Below, in pieces: positions 19,910 through 30,888 of a stretch of DNA of 64,000 nt. Position 1 is the first letter of the stretch. Every line of letters starts with the position of its first letter. Both the position numbers and the translations under genes were made by a program. The notes under the pieces were generated by a model. The model ran no database searches. It was given only the letters and a program-made list of their open reading frames with translations, and was not told where the DNA came from. The stretch is from Wolbachia endosymbiont of Ctenocephalides felis wCfeF. Lineage in GTDB: Bacteria; Pseudomonadota; Alphaproteobacteria; Rickettsiales; Anaplasmataceae. The DNA lies in NCBI GenBank assembly GCA_028571325.1, contig CP116767.1:89150-153149 (forward strand), in the 5' to 3' direction.

Positions 19910-19989
19910 GGTGTCATTTCAGCACCCTTCCTCCTGTCATTCCAGTACTCCTTTTCTTGTCATCCAAGTAGCTGGCACTGGAATCCAAA
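19910..19989. repeat. array of short tgtcat(t/c)c(c/a)ag units
   Basis: ggtgtcatttcagcac, cctgtcattccagtac, cttgtcatccaagtagctggcactggaatcc. Confidence 0.7.
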
Positions 19990-19996
19990 ATACTAC

Positions 19997-20457
19997 TCTA
20001 GCTATAAATATTAAGAAATTTACCAAGCGAGAAAAAAAGGCAAAAGAAGCCCTGGTCGGTAGCTAATTATTTATATGTACCTCAAATATCGGCATTTTTA
20101 TTCTCAGCGCTACGATTCAGCTACTTTTAAATGCAAATAACCAAAACTACAAACGTTAAGAATTTTACTGAGCGGAAAAAAAGGCAAAAAAACTCTAAGG
20201 CAGCTAGTATTCAAATTCTCCCTTGTCTATTTGACGTTCTATACTGTCTTAAACGACTTATAAGCGCGTTTCAGCTTGTATAGGCAAAAACCAGAAGTTT
20301 TAAAAAGACGTAAGGTGCACATAGTGCAAAAATTTAAACATGAGACGCCAAATACCCTAAGTTTTTTGTCATTAACCTGCACAGATTGCGAAGATAAACA
20401 AATAGCTTCAGTCTTATAATAACAGGGTTGGCGAAGGTTGTCAAGTAGTTTTTTTGT
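19997..20457 (+). repeat. composite repeat R, copy 2 (type a)
   Basis: Collinear with R4 (42126-42580). The two are identical by eye over roughly 250 bp, from ...aggcagctagtattcaaattc to ...aaacaaatagcttca. Confidence 0.88.
20416..20444 (-). promoter_or_regulatory. promoter motif at the end of R2, pointing toward the 1359-aa gene
   Basis: Minus strand: TTGACA (20444-20439), then 17 nt, then TATTAT (20421-20416). Confidence 0.45.
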
Positions 20458-20541
20458 TTCTGTCAGCTACCTAGATAACAGCTAGGATTGTATAATAGTT
20501 GTATTGGAATCCAGTTTTTCGTATAATTTTATTAAAAAAGT

Positions 20542-21876
20542 ATGAAAGGCCTATATATCAAGACTTACGGCTGTCAGATGAATGTTTATGACTCCGTTTT
20601 AATGGAAAATATAATTAAACCGCTGGGGTTCAACGTTGTCAGTGACGCGGAAAAGGCTGACTTGGTGATATTGAATACTTGCCACATTAGAGAGAAAGCA
20701 GCAGAAAAGCTCTATTCAGAGCTTGGGAAGATCCATTCGTCACGAAAAAATAAGGAAATTACCATAGTGGTAGCCGGATGTGTAGCACAAGCAGAAGGTG
20801 AAGAAGTGTTCAGAAGAGCCCCATTTGTGGACATCGTTGTTGGTCCGCAGAGCATTGCTACTCTGCCGGAGCTGATAGTCAAAGCAAGCAGAAGTAAAGG
20901 TCATGTGATAAATACCGATTTTCCTGAGGTTACAAAGTTTGATAAATTGCCAGATGAGTGTTACGGTAATAGCCAAGGATCTTCTGCGTTTCTCTCCATA
21001 CAAGAGGGTTGTGATAAGTTTTGTACATTTTGTGTAGTGCCCTACACTCGTGGAGTTGAGTATTCACGACCAGTGAATGAAATATTCCGCAAAGCGCTGA
21101 AATTAGTTGCAAATGGGGCAAAGGAAATCAATTTGCTCGGTCAGAACGTCAATGCTTACCACGGGGAATGCGAAGGGAAAACATGGGATTTAGGAGAATT
21201 AATTGGTCATATCGCTAAAATTGAAAAGCTAGAAAGAATCCGCTATACGACCTCTCATCCGCGAGATATGCATGAATCTCTCTACTTGGCACATGCAGAA
21301 GAACCGAAACTCATGCCATTTATTCACCTGCCTGTGCAGTCAGGCTCGAATAAAATATTACGCGTGATGAACAGAAAACACACTGCAGAGGAGTATTTGG
21401 AAATAATAGATAGATTGCGCAAATTGAAACCTGAAATCGAATTTTCTTCTGACTTTATCGTTGGTTTTCCTGGCGAAACCGAAAAAGACTTTGAGGAAAC
21501 TATGAAATTAGTGGAAAAAGTAAAGTACGCTCAAGCTTACAGTTTTAAATATAGCCCAAGACCAGGAACACCGGGGGCTGAAAGGAAAGATCAAGTGCCA
21601 GAGGAGATCAAAACAGAGCGCCTTCTTCGTTTACAGAAGCTAATTAGTGCACAACAACTCGAATTTAATCAGAGTGTGGTGGGCAAGACTATTCCTGTTC
21701 TATTTGGCGATAAAAAAGGCAAACATCAAAACCAAATTATTGGTAAAAGCCCATATATGCAATCAGTTTGCATTGATGATCCTGAGGATAAATATAGAGA
21801 CAAGATAGTAAGTGTGAAGATATTGGAAGCTCGGCAGAATAGTTTGCTAGGGACAGGAATGCTTTTGAATTTGTGA
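20542..21876 (+). CDS. miaB: tRNA-2-methylthio-N6-dimethylallyladenosine synthase
   Basis: [15 protein letters not shown]-terminus, radical-[14 protein letters not shown] cluster and a C-terminal TRAM-like region. Confidence 0.92.
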   Translation: MKGLYIKTYGCQMNVYDSVLMENIIKPLGFNVVSDAEKADLVILNTCHIREKAAEKLYSELGKIHSSRKNKEITIVVAGCVAQAEGEEVFRRAPFVDIVVGPQSIATLPELIVKASRSKGHVINTDFPEVTKFDKLPDECYGNSQGSSAFLSIQEGCDKFCTFCVVPYTRGVEYSRPVNEIFRKALKLVANGAKEINLLGQNVNAYHGECEGKTWDLGELIGHIAKIEKLERIRYTTSHPRDMHESLYLAHAEEPKLMPFIHLPVQSGSNKILRVMNRKHTAEEYLEIIDRLRKLKPEIEFSSDFIVGFPGETEKDFEETMKLVEKVKYAQAYSFKYSPRPGTPGAERKDQVPEEIKTERLLRLQKLISAQQLEFNQSVVGKTIPVLFGDKKGKHQNQIIGKSPYMQSVCIDDPEDKYRDKIVSVKILEARQNSLLGTGMLLNL

Positions 21877-21918
21877 TTTTCCAGAAAGTCATATATTCTC
21901 TAAATTTGTCCAGTTAGA

Positions 21919-24900
21919 ATGAATATGAAGTCAAAGCATTATCCTGATACAACGAGTAGTCCTGATTTTTCGTCGTTAGAAAAGGAAATCATAAAATTTT
22001 GGCAGGAAAGCAAAATTTTTGAGCGGTCAGTTGAGGAACGTTCCAAGGACAATTGTTTTGTCTTTTACGATGGACCTCCATTTGCAAATGGATTGCCACA
22101 TTATGGGCATTTACTCACTGGTTTCATCAAAGACGCATTTGCAAGATATCAAACCATGCTACAAAAAAGAGTCGAGCGTAGATTTGGTTGGGATTGCCAC
22201 GGGTTGCCGGCTGAGATGGGTGCAGAAAAGGAACTTGGAATATCTGGTAGAACTGAGATAGAAAAATTCGGCATTGAAAAATTCAATAATCATTGTCGTA
22301 CTTCTGTGATGAAATTTTCATCAGAATGGGAGAAGTATGTAAATAGACAAGCAAGGTGGGTAGATTTTCATAATGACTATAAAACCATGGATAAGTCATT
22401 CATGGAGTCAGTCATGTGGGCATTTAAGCAGCTTTGTGATAAGGGTCTGGTGTATGAATCGGTACGCGTTGTTCCCTATAGCTGGGCATGTGAAACTCCA
22501 TTGTCCAATTTTGAAACAAGGCTTGATAACGCATATAGAGAAAAGACTAGCAAAGCTGTAACTGTTGCATTTGAGCTTTTAGAAAACCCAAAGCAGTTTA
22601 AACAAAAATGTAAGTTACTCGCTTGGACTACAACTCCTTGGACGTTGCCGAGCAACTTGGCGCTGGCAATAGGGAAAGATATTGAGTATTGTGCAGTGTC
22701 AGTTCACTCCTTGGTGTCATTCCAGCGCGTGACGCTGGAATCTAGAGAGAAAGAAACCTGGATTCCAGTGTCAAGCACTGGGATGACAGAGAAGAGTGCT
22801 GGAATGACATTAGACCAACCTAATGAAATTTGCATCTTCGCTGAAAGCTACCTGGAGAAGTTCATTAGCCACCTCGAACAAAACAATATTCCATATAAAA
22901 ACTGCAATATAAAACTCAAAGCAGATGATCTTGTAGGTCTTTCTTATAAGCCACTGTTTGATTACTTTAAAGATACAAAAAATGCGTTCCGCGTTTTCAT
23001 GGCTGATTATGTTACAGCAGAAGATGGTACTGGAGTTGTGCACACTGCTCCTGGATTTGGTGAAGAAGATTTTTATCTTTGCCAAAGCCATGATATTCCA
23101 GCCATTTGTCCAATTGATAACGGAGGCAAATTTACTGCTGAAGTTTCAGATTTAGCTGGAGTTCATGTTTTTGATACTAACGATACAGTAATAAAGAAGC
23201 TGAAAGAACAAGGAAATTGGTTCAAAACTGAGCAATATATTCACAATTATCCACACTGCTGGAGAACTGATACTCCTTTAATCTATCGTACTATGCCTTC
23301 TTGGTATGTTGCTGTGACAAAATTCAAAAGCAGAATGGTAGAGCTGAATAAGAGAGTTAATTGGATACCAAATCATATCAGGGATGGTCAATTTGGAAAA
23401 TGGCTTGAAGGGGCACATGATTGGTCAATTTCGCGCAATCGATTCTGGGGTACACCGATTCCCGTATGGAAATCAGACGATGCAAGATATCCAAGGGTAG
23501 ATGTGTATGGTTCAATAGTGGAACTAGAGCGAGATTTTAATGTTAAAGTGGACGATTTGCACAGACCGTTTATCGATACTTTAACAAGACCAAATCCTGA
23601 TGATCCAACAGGAAAATCAGTTATGCGCCGTGTGCCTGACGTGTTTGATTGTTGGTTTGAATCTGGTTCAATGCCATTTGCACAAGTCCACTATCCGTTT
23701 GAAAATAAAGAATGGTTTGAGAGTAATTTCCCGGCGGATTTTATCACCGAGTATATAGCGCAAACTAGGGGATGGTTCTATACGCTTTTTGTATTGTCTA
23801 CTGCTTTGTTTGACAGTGAGCCATTTAAGAACTGCATATGCCACGGTGTTGTTCTCGATATAAAAGGGCAGAAATTATCCAAACGTTTGAATAATTATGC
23901 AGACCCAATGGAAGTGTTTGATAAATACGGTTCTGATGCACTGCGTTTTCTTATGCTTTCTGGATCTATTGTTTGTGGTGGTAATTTGCTGCTTGATAAA
24001 GAAGGAAACTCAATCCGAGATGTTCTGAGAAACGTAATAAAACCTATTTGGAACAGTTATCATTTTTTTACCATGTATGCAAATGCAGATGGAATTAAAG
24101 CTGAGGTTTGTAAGGATTATCAAAGCACTATTGATCGTTACATGATCTCCAAATGTTTTGAAGCTGTAGAAGGTATCCAAGCTTCTATGAACAACTACAA
24201 TTCCCAAGAGGCTTGCAAAATTCTGATAGATTTTTTTGAAGTGTTAAATAACTGGTATATTCGTCGCAGTCGTGAGCGTTTTTGGAAAAGTGATTTAGAT
24301 CAGGATAAGACTGACGCTTATAATGCTCTATATACGGTTTTTTATTACATACTTCGGGTTGCAGCTCCTCTATTGCCGCTTATAACGGAGACTATATGGC
24401 AGGGGCTCAAATATCAAGAAACATCTATTCATTTGGCTGATTTTCCACAATTAGAAAAGTTTGATAGCGAGCTCATTGCTAAGATGGATTTAGTGAGAGA
24501 GATATGCAACTCTGCACTCTCTATCAGAAACACCTTTAATATACGTATCAGACAGCCGCTTGGCAGTATGATCATTTATCACAAGTCTTCCTGTAGTTTT
24601 CTTGAAGGTGAACCGCTTTCTGTCATCCCAGAGTTCTCTCCTGTCATCCAAGTAGCTGACACTGGGATCCAGTGTGCTGCAGATTCAAATGAGTACCAGG
24701 AGATGATAAAAGATGAGGTGAATGTAAAAAAACTAGAACTGGTAAACAAACTTGAAGATATTGCATCACTAGAGCTAAAACTAAATTTCCCGCTACTTGG
24801 AAAGAAGATTCCAGACAAAATCAAGAAACTAGTTCAATATGTCAAGGAGAGAAAATGGAAGCAAATTGGAAATGAGCGGATATTTCTAGGAGATGAATCA

Positions 24901-25281
24901 GAGAACTACATTATAGAAAAAGGTGAGTACGAATTATTATTAAAAGCAAATAGTGAATATTCTGCTGTGTTTGATAACAACAAAGGGGTTGTCATCCTAA
25001 ACACTGAACTAAATGATGAATTAATTCTAGAAGGGCTCGCGAGAGATGTTGTAAGGCTCATCCAGGAAACTAGAAAGCAAGCTGATTTCCATATATCCGA
25101 TAGAATCAGAGTAGTAATCAAAACAGAGGATGAGAAAATTAAAGAAGCAGTGGATACTTGGAGTGAGTATATAAAAGAACAGACTCTTGCCTTATCTTTA
25201 GAAATTAATGCGGAAATTGGAACCCATTTCTATTCTAAGGAATACCAAGATTTGATTGTTGGTATTAAGTTAGATTGTTAG
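21919..25281 (+). CDS. ileS: isoleucine--tRNA ligase (type 2), carrying two in-frame palindromic-element insertions
   Basis: PPFANGLPHYGHLL (HIGH), KLSKRL (KMSKS), WTTTPWTLPSN editing-domain motif and WISRNRFWGTPIP. Start may be 21919 or 21925. Confidence 0.93.
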   Translation: MNMKSKHYPDTTSSPDFSSLEKEIIKFWQESKIFERSVEERSKDNCFVFYDGPPFANGLPHYGHLLTGFIKDAFARYQTMLQKRVERRFGWDCHGLPAEMGAEKELGISGRTEIEKFGIEKFNNHCRTSVMKFSSEWEKYVNRQARWVDFHNDYKTMDKSFMESVMWAFKQLCDKGLVYESVRVVPYSWACETPLSNFETRLDNAYREKTSKAVTVAFELLENPKQFKQKCKLLAWTTTPWTLPSNLALAIGKDIEYCAVSVHSLVSFQRVTLESREKETWIPVSSTGMTEKSAGMTLDQPNEICIFAESYLEKFISHLEQNNIPYKNCNIKLKADDLVGLSYKPLFDYFKDTKNAFRVFMADYVTAEDGTGVVHTAPGFGEEDFYLCQSHDIPAICPIDNGGKFTAEVSDLAGVHVFDTNDTVIKKLKEQGNWFKTEQYIHNYPHCWRTDTPLIYRTMPSWYVAVTKFKSRMVELNKRVNWIPNHIRDGQFGKWLEGAHDWSISRNRFWGTPIPVWKSDDARYPRVDVYGSIVELERDFNVKVDDLHRPFIDTLTRPNPDDPTGKSVMRRVPDVFDCWFESGSMPFAQVHYPFENKEWFESNFPADFITEYIAQTRGWFYTLFVLSTALFDSEPFKNCICHGVVLDIKGQKLSKRLNNYADPMEVFDKYGSDALRFLMLSGSIVCGGNLLLDKEGNSIRDVLRNVIKPIWNSYHFFTMYANADGIKAEVCKDYQSTIDRYMISKCFEAVEGIQASMNNYNSQEACKILIDFFEVLNNWYIRRSRERFWKSDLDQDKTDAYNALYTVFYYILRVAAPLLPLITETIWQGLKYQETSIHLADFPQLEKFDSELIAKMDLVREICNSALSIRNTFNIRIRQPLGSMIIYHKSSCSFLEGEPLSVIPEFSPVIQVADTGIQCAADSNEYQEMIKDEVNVKKLELVNKLEDIASLELKLNFPLLGKKIPDKIKKLVQYVKERKWKQIGNERIFLGDESENYIIEKGEYELLLKANSEYSAVFDNNKGVVILNTELNDELILEGLARDVVRLIQETRKQADFHISDRIRVVIKTEDEKIKEAVDTWSEYIKEQTLALSLEINAEIGTHFYSKEYQDLIVGIKLDC
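22713..22810. repeat. palindromic element inserted in frame in ileS
   Basis: ggtgtcattccagcgcgtgacgctggaatc...tggattccagtgtcaagcactgggatgaca...gctggaatgacat. It is translated as LVSFQRVTLESREKETWIPVSSTGMTEKSAGMT. Confidence 0.8.
24618..24672. repeat. short palindromic-element units inserted in frame in ileS
   Basis: tctgtcatcccagag...cctgtcatccaagtagctgacactgggatccag, translated as SVIPEFSPVIQVADTGIQ. Confidence 0.7.
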
Positions 25282-25339
25282 TAGTTGCAAATTGTTAGTA
25301 TTTATGCTATATTTTAGGTAATTGGGGTAAGGTTATGGT

Positions 25340-28036
25340 ATGAATGCTGTTGTAGGTCCTGGTGGAGTTATTGGCTTAACTAATGGTGGTTCAGGTAAAA
25401 AAGAACCTATTGCTGTTTCCAGTTCGGTGAAAGAGGGAAAATTTTTTAGTGGTACGACTTCTGGTTTTAACGTTCCACTGAGTATATTTCGTTATAAAGG
25501 TTATGACTCTGACTTTTTTACTTCTTGGTATAATATACTAAGAGAAATATTTGAAGAGATAAAGGAAATGTGCCCAGAAAAACGGGTGTTGAATTTAGCT
25601 CTGTCAGTTTTAATGCTTCCTTATATTGCCTCTGTTTCATTGGGATTAGTAGTATATAACAGATCTAAAGCAGACGGTAAAATACAAGCCAGTCCGGAGG
25701 GAAATGAAACAAAAAAAAGTGAGGTAAGTGAAAGTACAGCAAAAAGATTGGCATATAGTGTTCTTGCTGCAATAGCGATTCTTGTTAATATAGTTGTGCT
25801 TGTCACCTTAATTATTCCTGCAACACTAGCTTTGGCTACTTTTTATCTTTCGAATAAGAAGTTATCCCATTCTTTGATTGCTACTGTTAAAATAGGTAGT
25901 GGGTTGTATAAGAATGAACACCAGAATATTGAGGTATCTTTTCACGAGATGGATGCTGGTGAGTCAGACATTAGGTGGGATATGGAAATCAAGTTTCCAC
26001 CACAATTTGAACAGTTACTTAGAGATTTGTGCGAAGATAAAAATGATAAGCTATTTGTTACACAAGATGCAGAGCATAATATCATACTGAAACTATCAGC
26101 TAATATCCACTTGAAAAATGGTCTTGTGCCTTTACGCAATGAGATCAGGGGTATGCTTGCAACTTCGATTCAAGGATTCACAGAAGCTATGGAAAAGCTA
26201 TTGAAGTCAGATAAAAAAGATATTACAAAGCTGAAGGAATTGTTGAACGAGTTCAGACTGAAAGCGGTGAATAGTGTAGATCCTAAGCTGACAAGTCACT
26301 TAATACAAGATGCTTACAGAGTTGCCCTTATACAAGCAATCAAAATTGCACAGCAAAGAAGAAAAGAAGGTTTTTCATTAGAAGAAAGGCTGAAAGAAGT
26401 ATTAGTAGAACAAGAATTAAGAAGCCAAGGTAAGGAATTGCCGACTGAAAAGGAAATGATACTAAAAGATCTAGGAATATCAAATAACTTAGATGATAAA
26501 ACACTTCCTTCATTTAGAGCAAAGAGGAGAAAGCTTATAACAGAAAGGAAAATAGCTGAAAAGAAGGTGATTGATGTCTATAAGGATAAATACCCTAAAG
26601 AAACAGCGGAGGCTTTACGTAAAGCTGAAGTGATAATAAAAGAGTTAAAAGGAATGGAAGAAAAAAGGTATGAGGAGATATGTGAAGAATTAAGAAAAAT
26701 ACATGGGGATGTAGGGAAAAATAACTTAAAAGATGGTGCTCTGAAAAGGAAATTAGAAGATCTTTTTAAATTTGAACCTACTGATCAATACGTTTATCGA
26801 GAATTAATAAAATCGAGAATAAGAAAAGCTGAAGTTATGTTAAATCAATCAGATTTAATAATTGATATAAAGCAAAGTTTGCTTAGTGAATTCCGTGATT
26901 TAAATGTAGATGTGTGTTCTCATCACGAAATAAATCTCTTGCTGGAAAAAATGCATTCAGAAATAACAAAATGTAAAACTCAAAGTTTATTTCAAGAGCA
27001 AGGAAAGAGTATAAAAGACATAGAAGATAATACAGGCATACTTATGCTATTCAATGGAGAAGATGAAAAACGTCTAGTAAAAAAGATTGTTTCTTATCGG
27101 GAAGAAATTAGAAAATGTTTAACGCAACCTGCGAGAGTAAAGGAAATAATAGAAAAGCAGAATAAGGATTTGGATATTGAGAAAAATAGTGAAGAAAAGG
27201 AATCTCTAGCTATGGAGTTAATAGAATTATGCTTGAAAAATAACCAAGAAATTCTAAAAGCATTAGAGGACTTAGAATCTGAAAAAGAGGGATTATTGAT
27301 AAATGAAAAAACAGAATATGATTACAAAGAAGAACTAACCTCTCGTGAAAAGATAAAATTTGCAATCATAGAAGATGATTTACTAGAGATATTCAAGCAA
27401 AAAACTTTTAATGAAGAAGAAATCAAGAAGTTATTAGAAAAAGCAGAACTTGAATATTGCTTAGCTGAAAGATGCATCAAATATCCTACGATTAAAACGA
27501 AAGATAATATCAAACACTTTTGTCAGACTTTATTGTCTCCTTTGATAGACAATTTGGTGGAAAAGATAATAAACAATGTGCCAAAAAATATATCAAAAGA
27601 TACTGAGAGTAATTGGACAGGTTGGGATTGGATACATAGAAAGGTGATAAAGCCTGTGCAGATTACTTGGAATTATAATATGCTTGGATTGTCAGCTATT
27701 GGAGGCAAAAATAGTACAGAAGGAAAAGCGTTAGATGTGGCGCATGATACTTATAAGGAAGTAGATACATTGCTTAAATATTTCGAGTCAAGTTATGAGG
27801 AGGTGGGAGGCTTGATAGGTAACGTATTTTCTGATGATGGCGAAACATTTAAAAAGGATATATGGCCTGAGATAAAAAATCATTTGCTTGGAATGTGGGA
27901 TAGATTTTCTAAGGATGTTGAATTTACGTTAATCAGCAAGGATAAAAACATCAATCAAGAAACAGTAAACACTGAATTAGGTCAATTTACAATACAAAAA
28001 CATAATTCTATTGGCGGCCTAGTAGCAGGAGCATAA
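25340..28036 (+). CDS. 898-aa membrane-anchored, Lys/Glu-rich coiled-coil-like orphan protein
   Basis: Hydrophobic segments at aa ~83-106 and ~137-170 (the second is 34 aa with a central Pro). These are followed by ~700 aa of charged, heptad-like sequence. No recognisable domain. Confidence 0.6.
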   Translation: MNAVVGPGGVIGLTNGGSGKKEPIAVSSSVKEGKFFSGTTSGFNVPLSIFRYKGYDSDFFTSWYNILREIFEEIKEMCPEKRVLNLALSVLMLPYIASVSLGLVVYNRSKADGKIQASPEGNETKKSEVSESTAKRLAYSVLAAIAILVNIVVLVTLIIPATLALATFYLSNKKLSHSLIATVKIGSGLYKNEHQNIEVSFHEMDAGESDIRWDMEIKFPPQFEQLLRDLCEDKNDKLFVTQDAEHNIILKLSANIHLKNGLVPLRNEIRGMLATSIQGFTEAMEKLLKSDKKDITKLKELLNEFRLKAVNSVDPKLTSHLIQDAYRVALIQAIKIAQQRRKEGFSLEERLKEVLVEQELRSQGKELPTEKEMILKDLGISNNLDDKTLPSFRAKRRKLITERKIAEKKVIDVYKDKYPKETAEALRKAEVIIKELKGMEEKRYEEICEELRKIHGDVGKNNLKDGALKRKLEDLFKFEPTDQYVYRELIKSRIRKAEVMLNQSDLIIDIKQSLLSEFRDLNVDVCSHHEINLLLEKMHSEITKCKTQSLFQEQGKSIKDIEDNTGILMLFNGEDEKRLVKKIVSYREEIRKCLTQPARVKEIIEKQNKDLDIEKNSEEKESLAMELIELCLKNNQEILKALEDLESEKEGLLINEKTEYDYKEELTSREKIKFAIIEDDLLEIFKQKTFNEEEIKKLLEKAELEYCLAERCIKYPTIKTKDNIKHFCQTLLSPLIDNLVEKIINNVPKNISKDTESNWTGWDWIHRKVIKPVQITWNYNMLGLSAIGGKNSTEGKALDVAHDTYKEVDTLLKYFESSYEEVGGLIGNVFSDDGETFKKDIWPEIKNHLLGMWDRFSKDVEFTLISKDKNINQETVNTELGQFTIQKHNSIGGLVAGA

Positions 28037-28040
28037 TATA

Positions 28041-30671
28041 CTATCTTGCTAAGTAATTATAAATAGCTGTAATAATATCACTACTATTGCAGCCCATTTG
28101 AGCAAGTTCAGCGTTTCCACCGCAACCTCTTCCGGTTACGGTAGATACCAGCTCTTTTGCGCTGATCTTATCAGTTAAGTCTTTACTTACTTTGACAATC
28201 AGCACTGTTTTGTTTTTTTCCGTTGCTGTGAAAGCTATTACAGTTTTTGGTTTTTGTTGCTGCAGAACAAATTCCCTTATTATGCTTGCTGGAATGTCAG
28301 TAAAAGTGTGGCTTATGAAATTTATCCCGTTTATTTCAGTGCTTTTTATGTTCTCTGTGCTTACGAGCTTTTTATAAAGGTTTTTTATTTTAGCTTCGGA
28401 TTCCTTACGCTCTTGGCTTAAAATACTGAGTCGATTTGTTATTTCACTTATTGGCGCTTTTACGGATTCTGCGACTTTTTTCAAGTTGATTTCATTATCA
28501 CGCACATAGTTAATTGCTTCTTGACCGGTCAAAGCTTCGATTCTTCTTACTCCAGATGCAATAGAACATTCTGTTACTATTTTAAACAAACCAATTTCTC
28601 CAGTGCGCTCCACATGTGTGCCGCCACATAATTCTTTTGAATCTCCAATGTTTACAACTCTAACCTGATCACCATATTTTTCACCGAACAGTGCCATAGC
28701 TCCTTCATCTATTGCCTGATTCATGCTCTGAATTTTTGTAGACGTGAAAAAATTTTCTCTGATTAGGGAGTTTACCATATCTTCTATTGCAAACAGCTGA
28801 TCCTGAGTAACTTGAGTGTTGTGGCTGAAGTCAAATCGCAATCTATCTGGTGCAACTAGGGAACCTTTTTGAGTAACGTGATCACCTAAGATTTTTCTCA
28901 ATGCAAAGTGCAGAAGATGCGTAGCTGAATGGTTTCTTCTTAGGTCTTGCCTTCTTTTCTTGTCAATACTGGCTGTAACTGTGTCACCTTTACAAATTGA
29001 GCCAGATTTAACTACACACCTGTGCAAATATAGGTCATTAATCTTATTGGTATTCTCTACTGTAATTACACCTAGGTCTGGTGTCACTCCTGCTGGCTGG
29101 ATCCCAGTGTCGGAACACTGGGATGACAATAAGAGAGGCACTGGGATGACAATAAAACTTCCAGTGTCCCCCACCTGTCCACCTGATTCGCCATAAAAAG
29201 GTGTTTTATCAAGTATAATGGTTACCTTCTCTCCTTCTTTCGCAGAATCAATAACTTCATTTTTAGGAGAAATTATGGCTATCACTTTTGCATCCTCTAC
29301 TTCATCAAACTCATAACCGACAAATTCTGTTTTGCCAAATTTATCGATCAAATCAAACCATATTTGCTCAACAAACTTTTCACCAGATCCAGCCCATTTA
29401 GCGCGTGCTCTTTCCTTCTGCTCTTCCATTGCATCATCAAAACCTTTTTGGTCAAAATTTATTTTCCTCTCTTTTAAAATATCAAGTGTGATATCCAAAG
29501 GAAATCCATAAGTGTCATATAGCTTAAACGCCGATTCTCCTGGCAGAGTATCGCCTGGTTTTAAATCTGCAGTAAATTTTTCCAAGAGATTAATGCCTTT
29601 CATCAAAGTATCTTTAAAGTTCTCTTCCTCTGATTTTAACGTTGTCTCTATTGAACTTTTGGCTCTAATCAGTTCAGGATAAACATCTCCCATATAAGCT
29701 GAGCTTGAGCTATCTATCAGCACTGGAAAAATGCGATGGAGTAGAGAGTCATTATATCCAAGCAGGTGGATATAACGTGCAGCCCTCCTGATTAATCTGC
29801 GCAGTACGTAATTTCTACCTTCATTTCCAGGGAGTATTCCTTCTGCAATCAGAAATGCAGCTGCACGAAGATGGTCCGCGATGATCTTATGAGCTACTTT
29901 ATTTTCTGTATTTCCACAAAGCTCTTGCGACTTATTTATCAGAGCAGAAAATAGATCAATATCATAATTATCGTGAACGTTTTGCATTGCGGCAGCTATT
30001 CTCTCAAGGCCCATTCCAGTATCGATGCATTTTTTTGGTAATTTTTGCAAATCACCTTCTTCATCTTTATTAAACTCCATGAATACCAGATTCCAAATTT
30101 CAACAACTCTATCGTCATCTTGTAAATTAGGTTTTGCATGGTCATAAAAAATTTCAGAACATGGACCACATGGACCAGTATTGCCCATGCTCCAAAAGTT
30201 GTCATCTGTTGCAATTCTGATGATTTTATCATTCGAAAAACCACTTACCTTGCGCCAAATCTCATATGACTCATCATCAGTGTGGTAGACAGTTATGGAT
30301 AATCTATTTTTGTCAAGAGACAATTCTTCAGTAATGAACTTCCACGCAAGTTCTATCGCGGTTTCTTTAAAGTAATCACCGAAACTAAAATTTCCGAGCA
30401 TTTCAAAAAATGTGTGATGCCGAGTTGTATAACCAACATTTTCAAGATCGTTGTGCTTGCCACCTGCTCTTAGACACTTTTGACTTGAGACAGCGCGTTT
30501 CATCTCAGTTTTTTGTAAACCGGTGAAGATGTTTTTAAACTGCACCATACCAGCATTTGTAAACATGAGTGTAGGGTCATGCTCTGGGATCAAAGGAGAA
30601 GAAGAAACCTGCTCATGGTTGTTACTTACAAAAAACTTTACAAATCTTTCTCTAATTTCATTTAGCTTCAT
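28041..30671 (-). CDS. alaS: alanine--tRNA ligase with an in-frame palindromic-element insertion
   Basis: [40 protein letters not shown], the editing-domain HSATHLLH...CGGTHV motif and a C-terminal DHHA1-like GGG region. Confidence 0.93.
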   Translation of the reverse strand: MKLNEIRERFVKFFVSNNHEQVSSSPLIPEHDPTLMFTNAGMVQFKNIFTGLQKTEMKRAVSSQKCLRAGGKHNDLENVGYTTRHHTFFEMLGNFSFGDYFKETAIELAWKFITEELSLDKNRLSITVYHTDDESYEIWRKVSGFSNDKIIRIATDDNFWSMGNTGPCGPCSEIFYDHAKPNLQDDDRVVEIWNLVFMEFNKDEEGDLQKLPKKCIDTGMGLERIAAAMQNVHDNYDIDLFSALINKSQELCGNTENKVAHKIIADHLRAAAFLIAEGILPGNEGRNYVLRRLIRRAARYIHLLGYNDSLLHRIFPVLIDSSSSAYMGDVYPELIRAKSSIETTLKSEEENFKDTLMKGINLLEKFTADLKPGDTLPGESAFKLYDTYGFPLDITLDILKERKINFDQKGFDDAMEEQKERARAKWAGSGEKFVEQIWFDLIDKFGKTEFVGYEFDEVEDAKVIAIISPKNEVIDSAKEGEKVTIILDKTPFYGESGGQVGDTGSFIVIPVPLLLSSQCSDTGIQPAGVTPDLGVITVENTNKINDLYLHRCVVKSGSICKGDTVTASIDKKRRQDLRRNHSATHLLHFALRKILGDHVTQKGSLVAPDRLRFDFSHNTQVTQDQLFAIEDMVNSLIRENFFTSTKIQSMNQAIDEGAMALFGEKYGDQVRVVNIGDSKELCGGTHVERTGEIGLFKIVTECSIASGVRRIEALTGQEAINYVRDNEINLKKVAESVKAPISEITNRLSILSQERKESEAKIKNLYKKLVSTENIKSTEINGINFISHTFTDIPASIIREFVLQQQKPKTVIAFTATEKNKTVLIVKVSKDLTDKISAKELVSTVTGRGCGGNAELAQMGCNSSDIITAIYNYLAR
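29081..29152. repeat. palindromic-element units inserted in frame in alaS
   Basis: Plus strand: gtgtcactcc..ctggatcccagtgtcggaacactgggatgacaa..cactgggatgacaa. Translated on the minus strand as [23 protein letters not shown], between GGQVGDTG and the V.V.NT.K barrel strand. Confidence 0.75.
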
Positions 30672-30888
30672 CGTTTTTATTGAGATTATCTATGCATAAT
30701 AAGTTGTAATGAGAGTAAAATCAATTCATCGCTCTGAATATTAATATATGCATTATTTAGTATAATAAAAATAATACTTACATAAAAGTTTTAATAAAAA
30801 GCTGTGGCCTCAAATGATTTATCTACTAACATTAAAGAGATATTTGTTAATTCAAGTAATATTTTTATTAATTAATTTAGGGGGTAGA

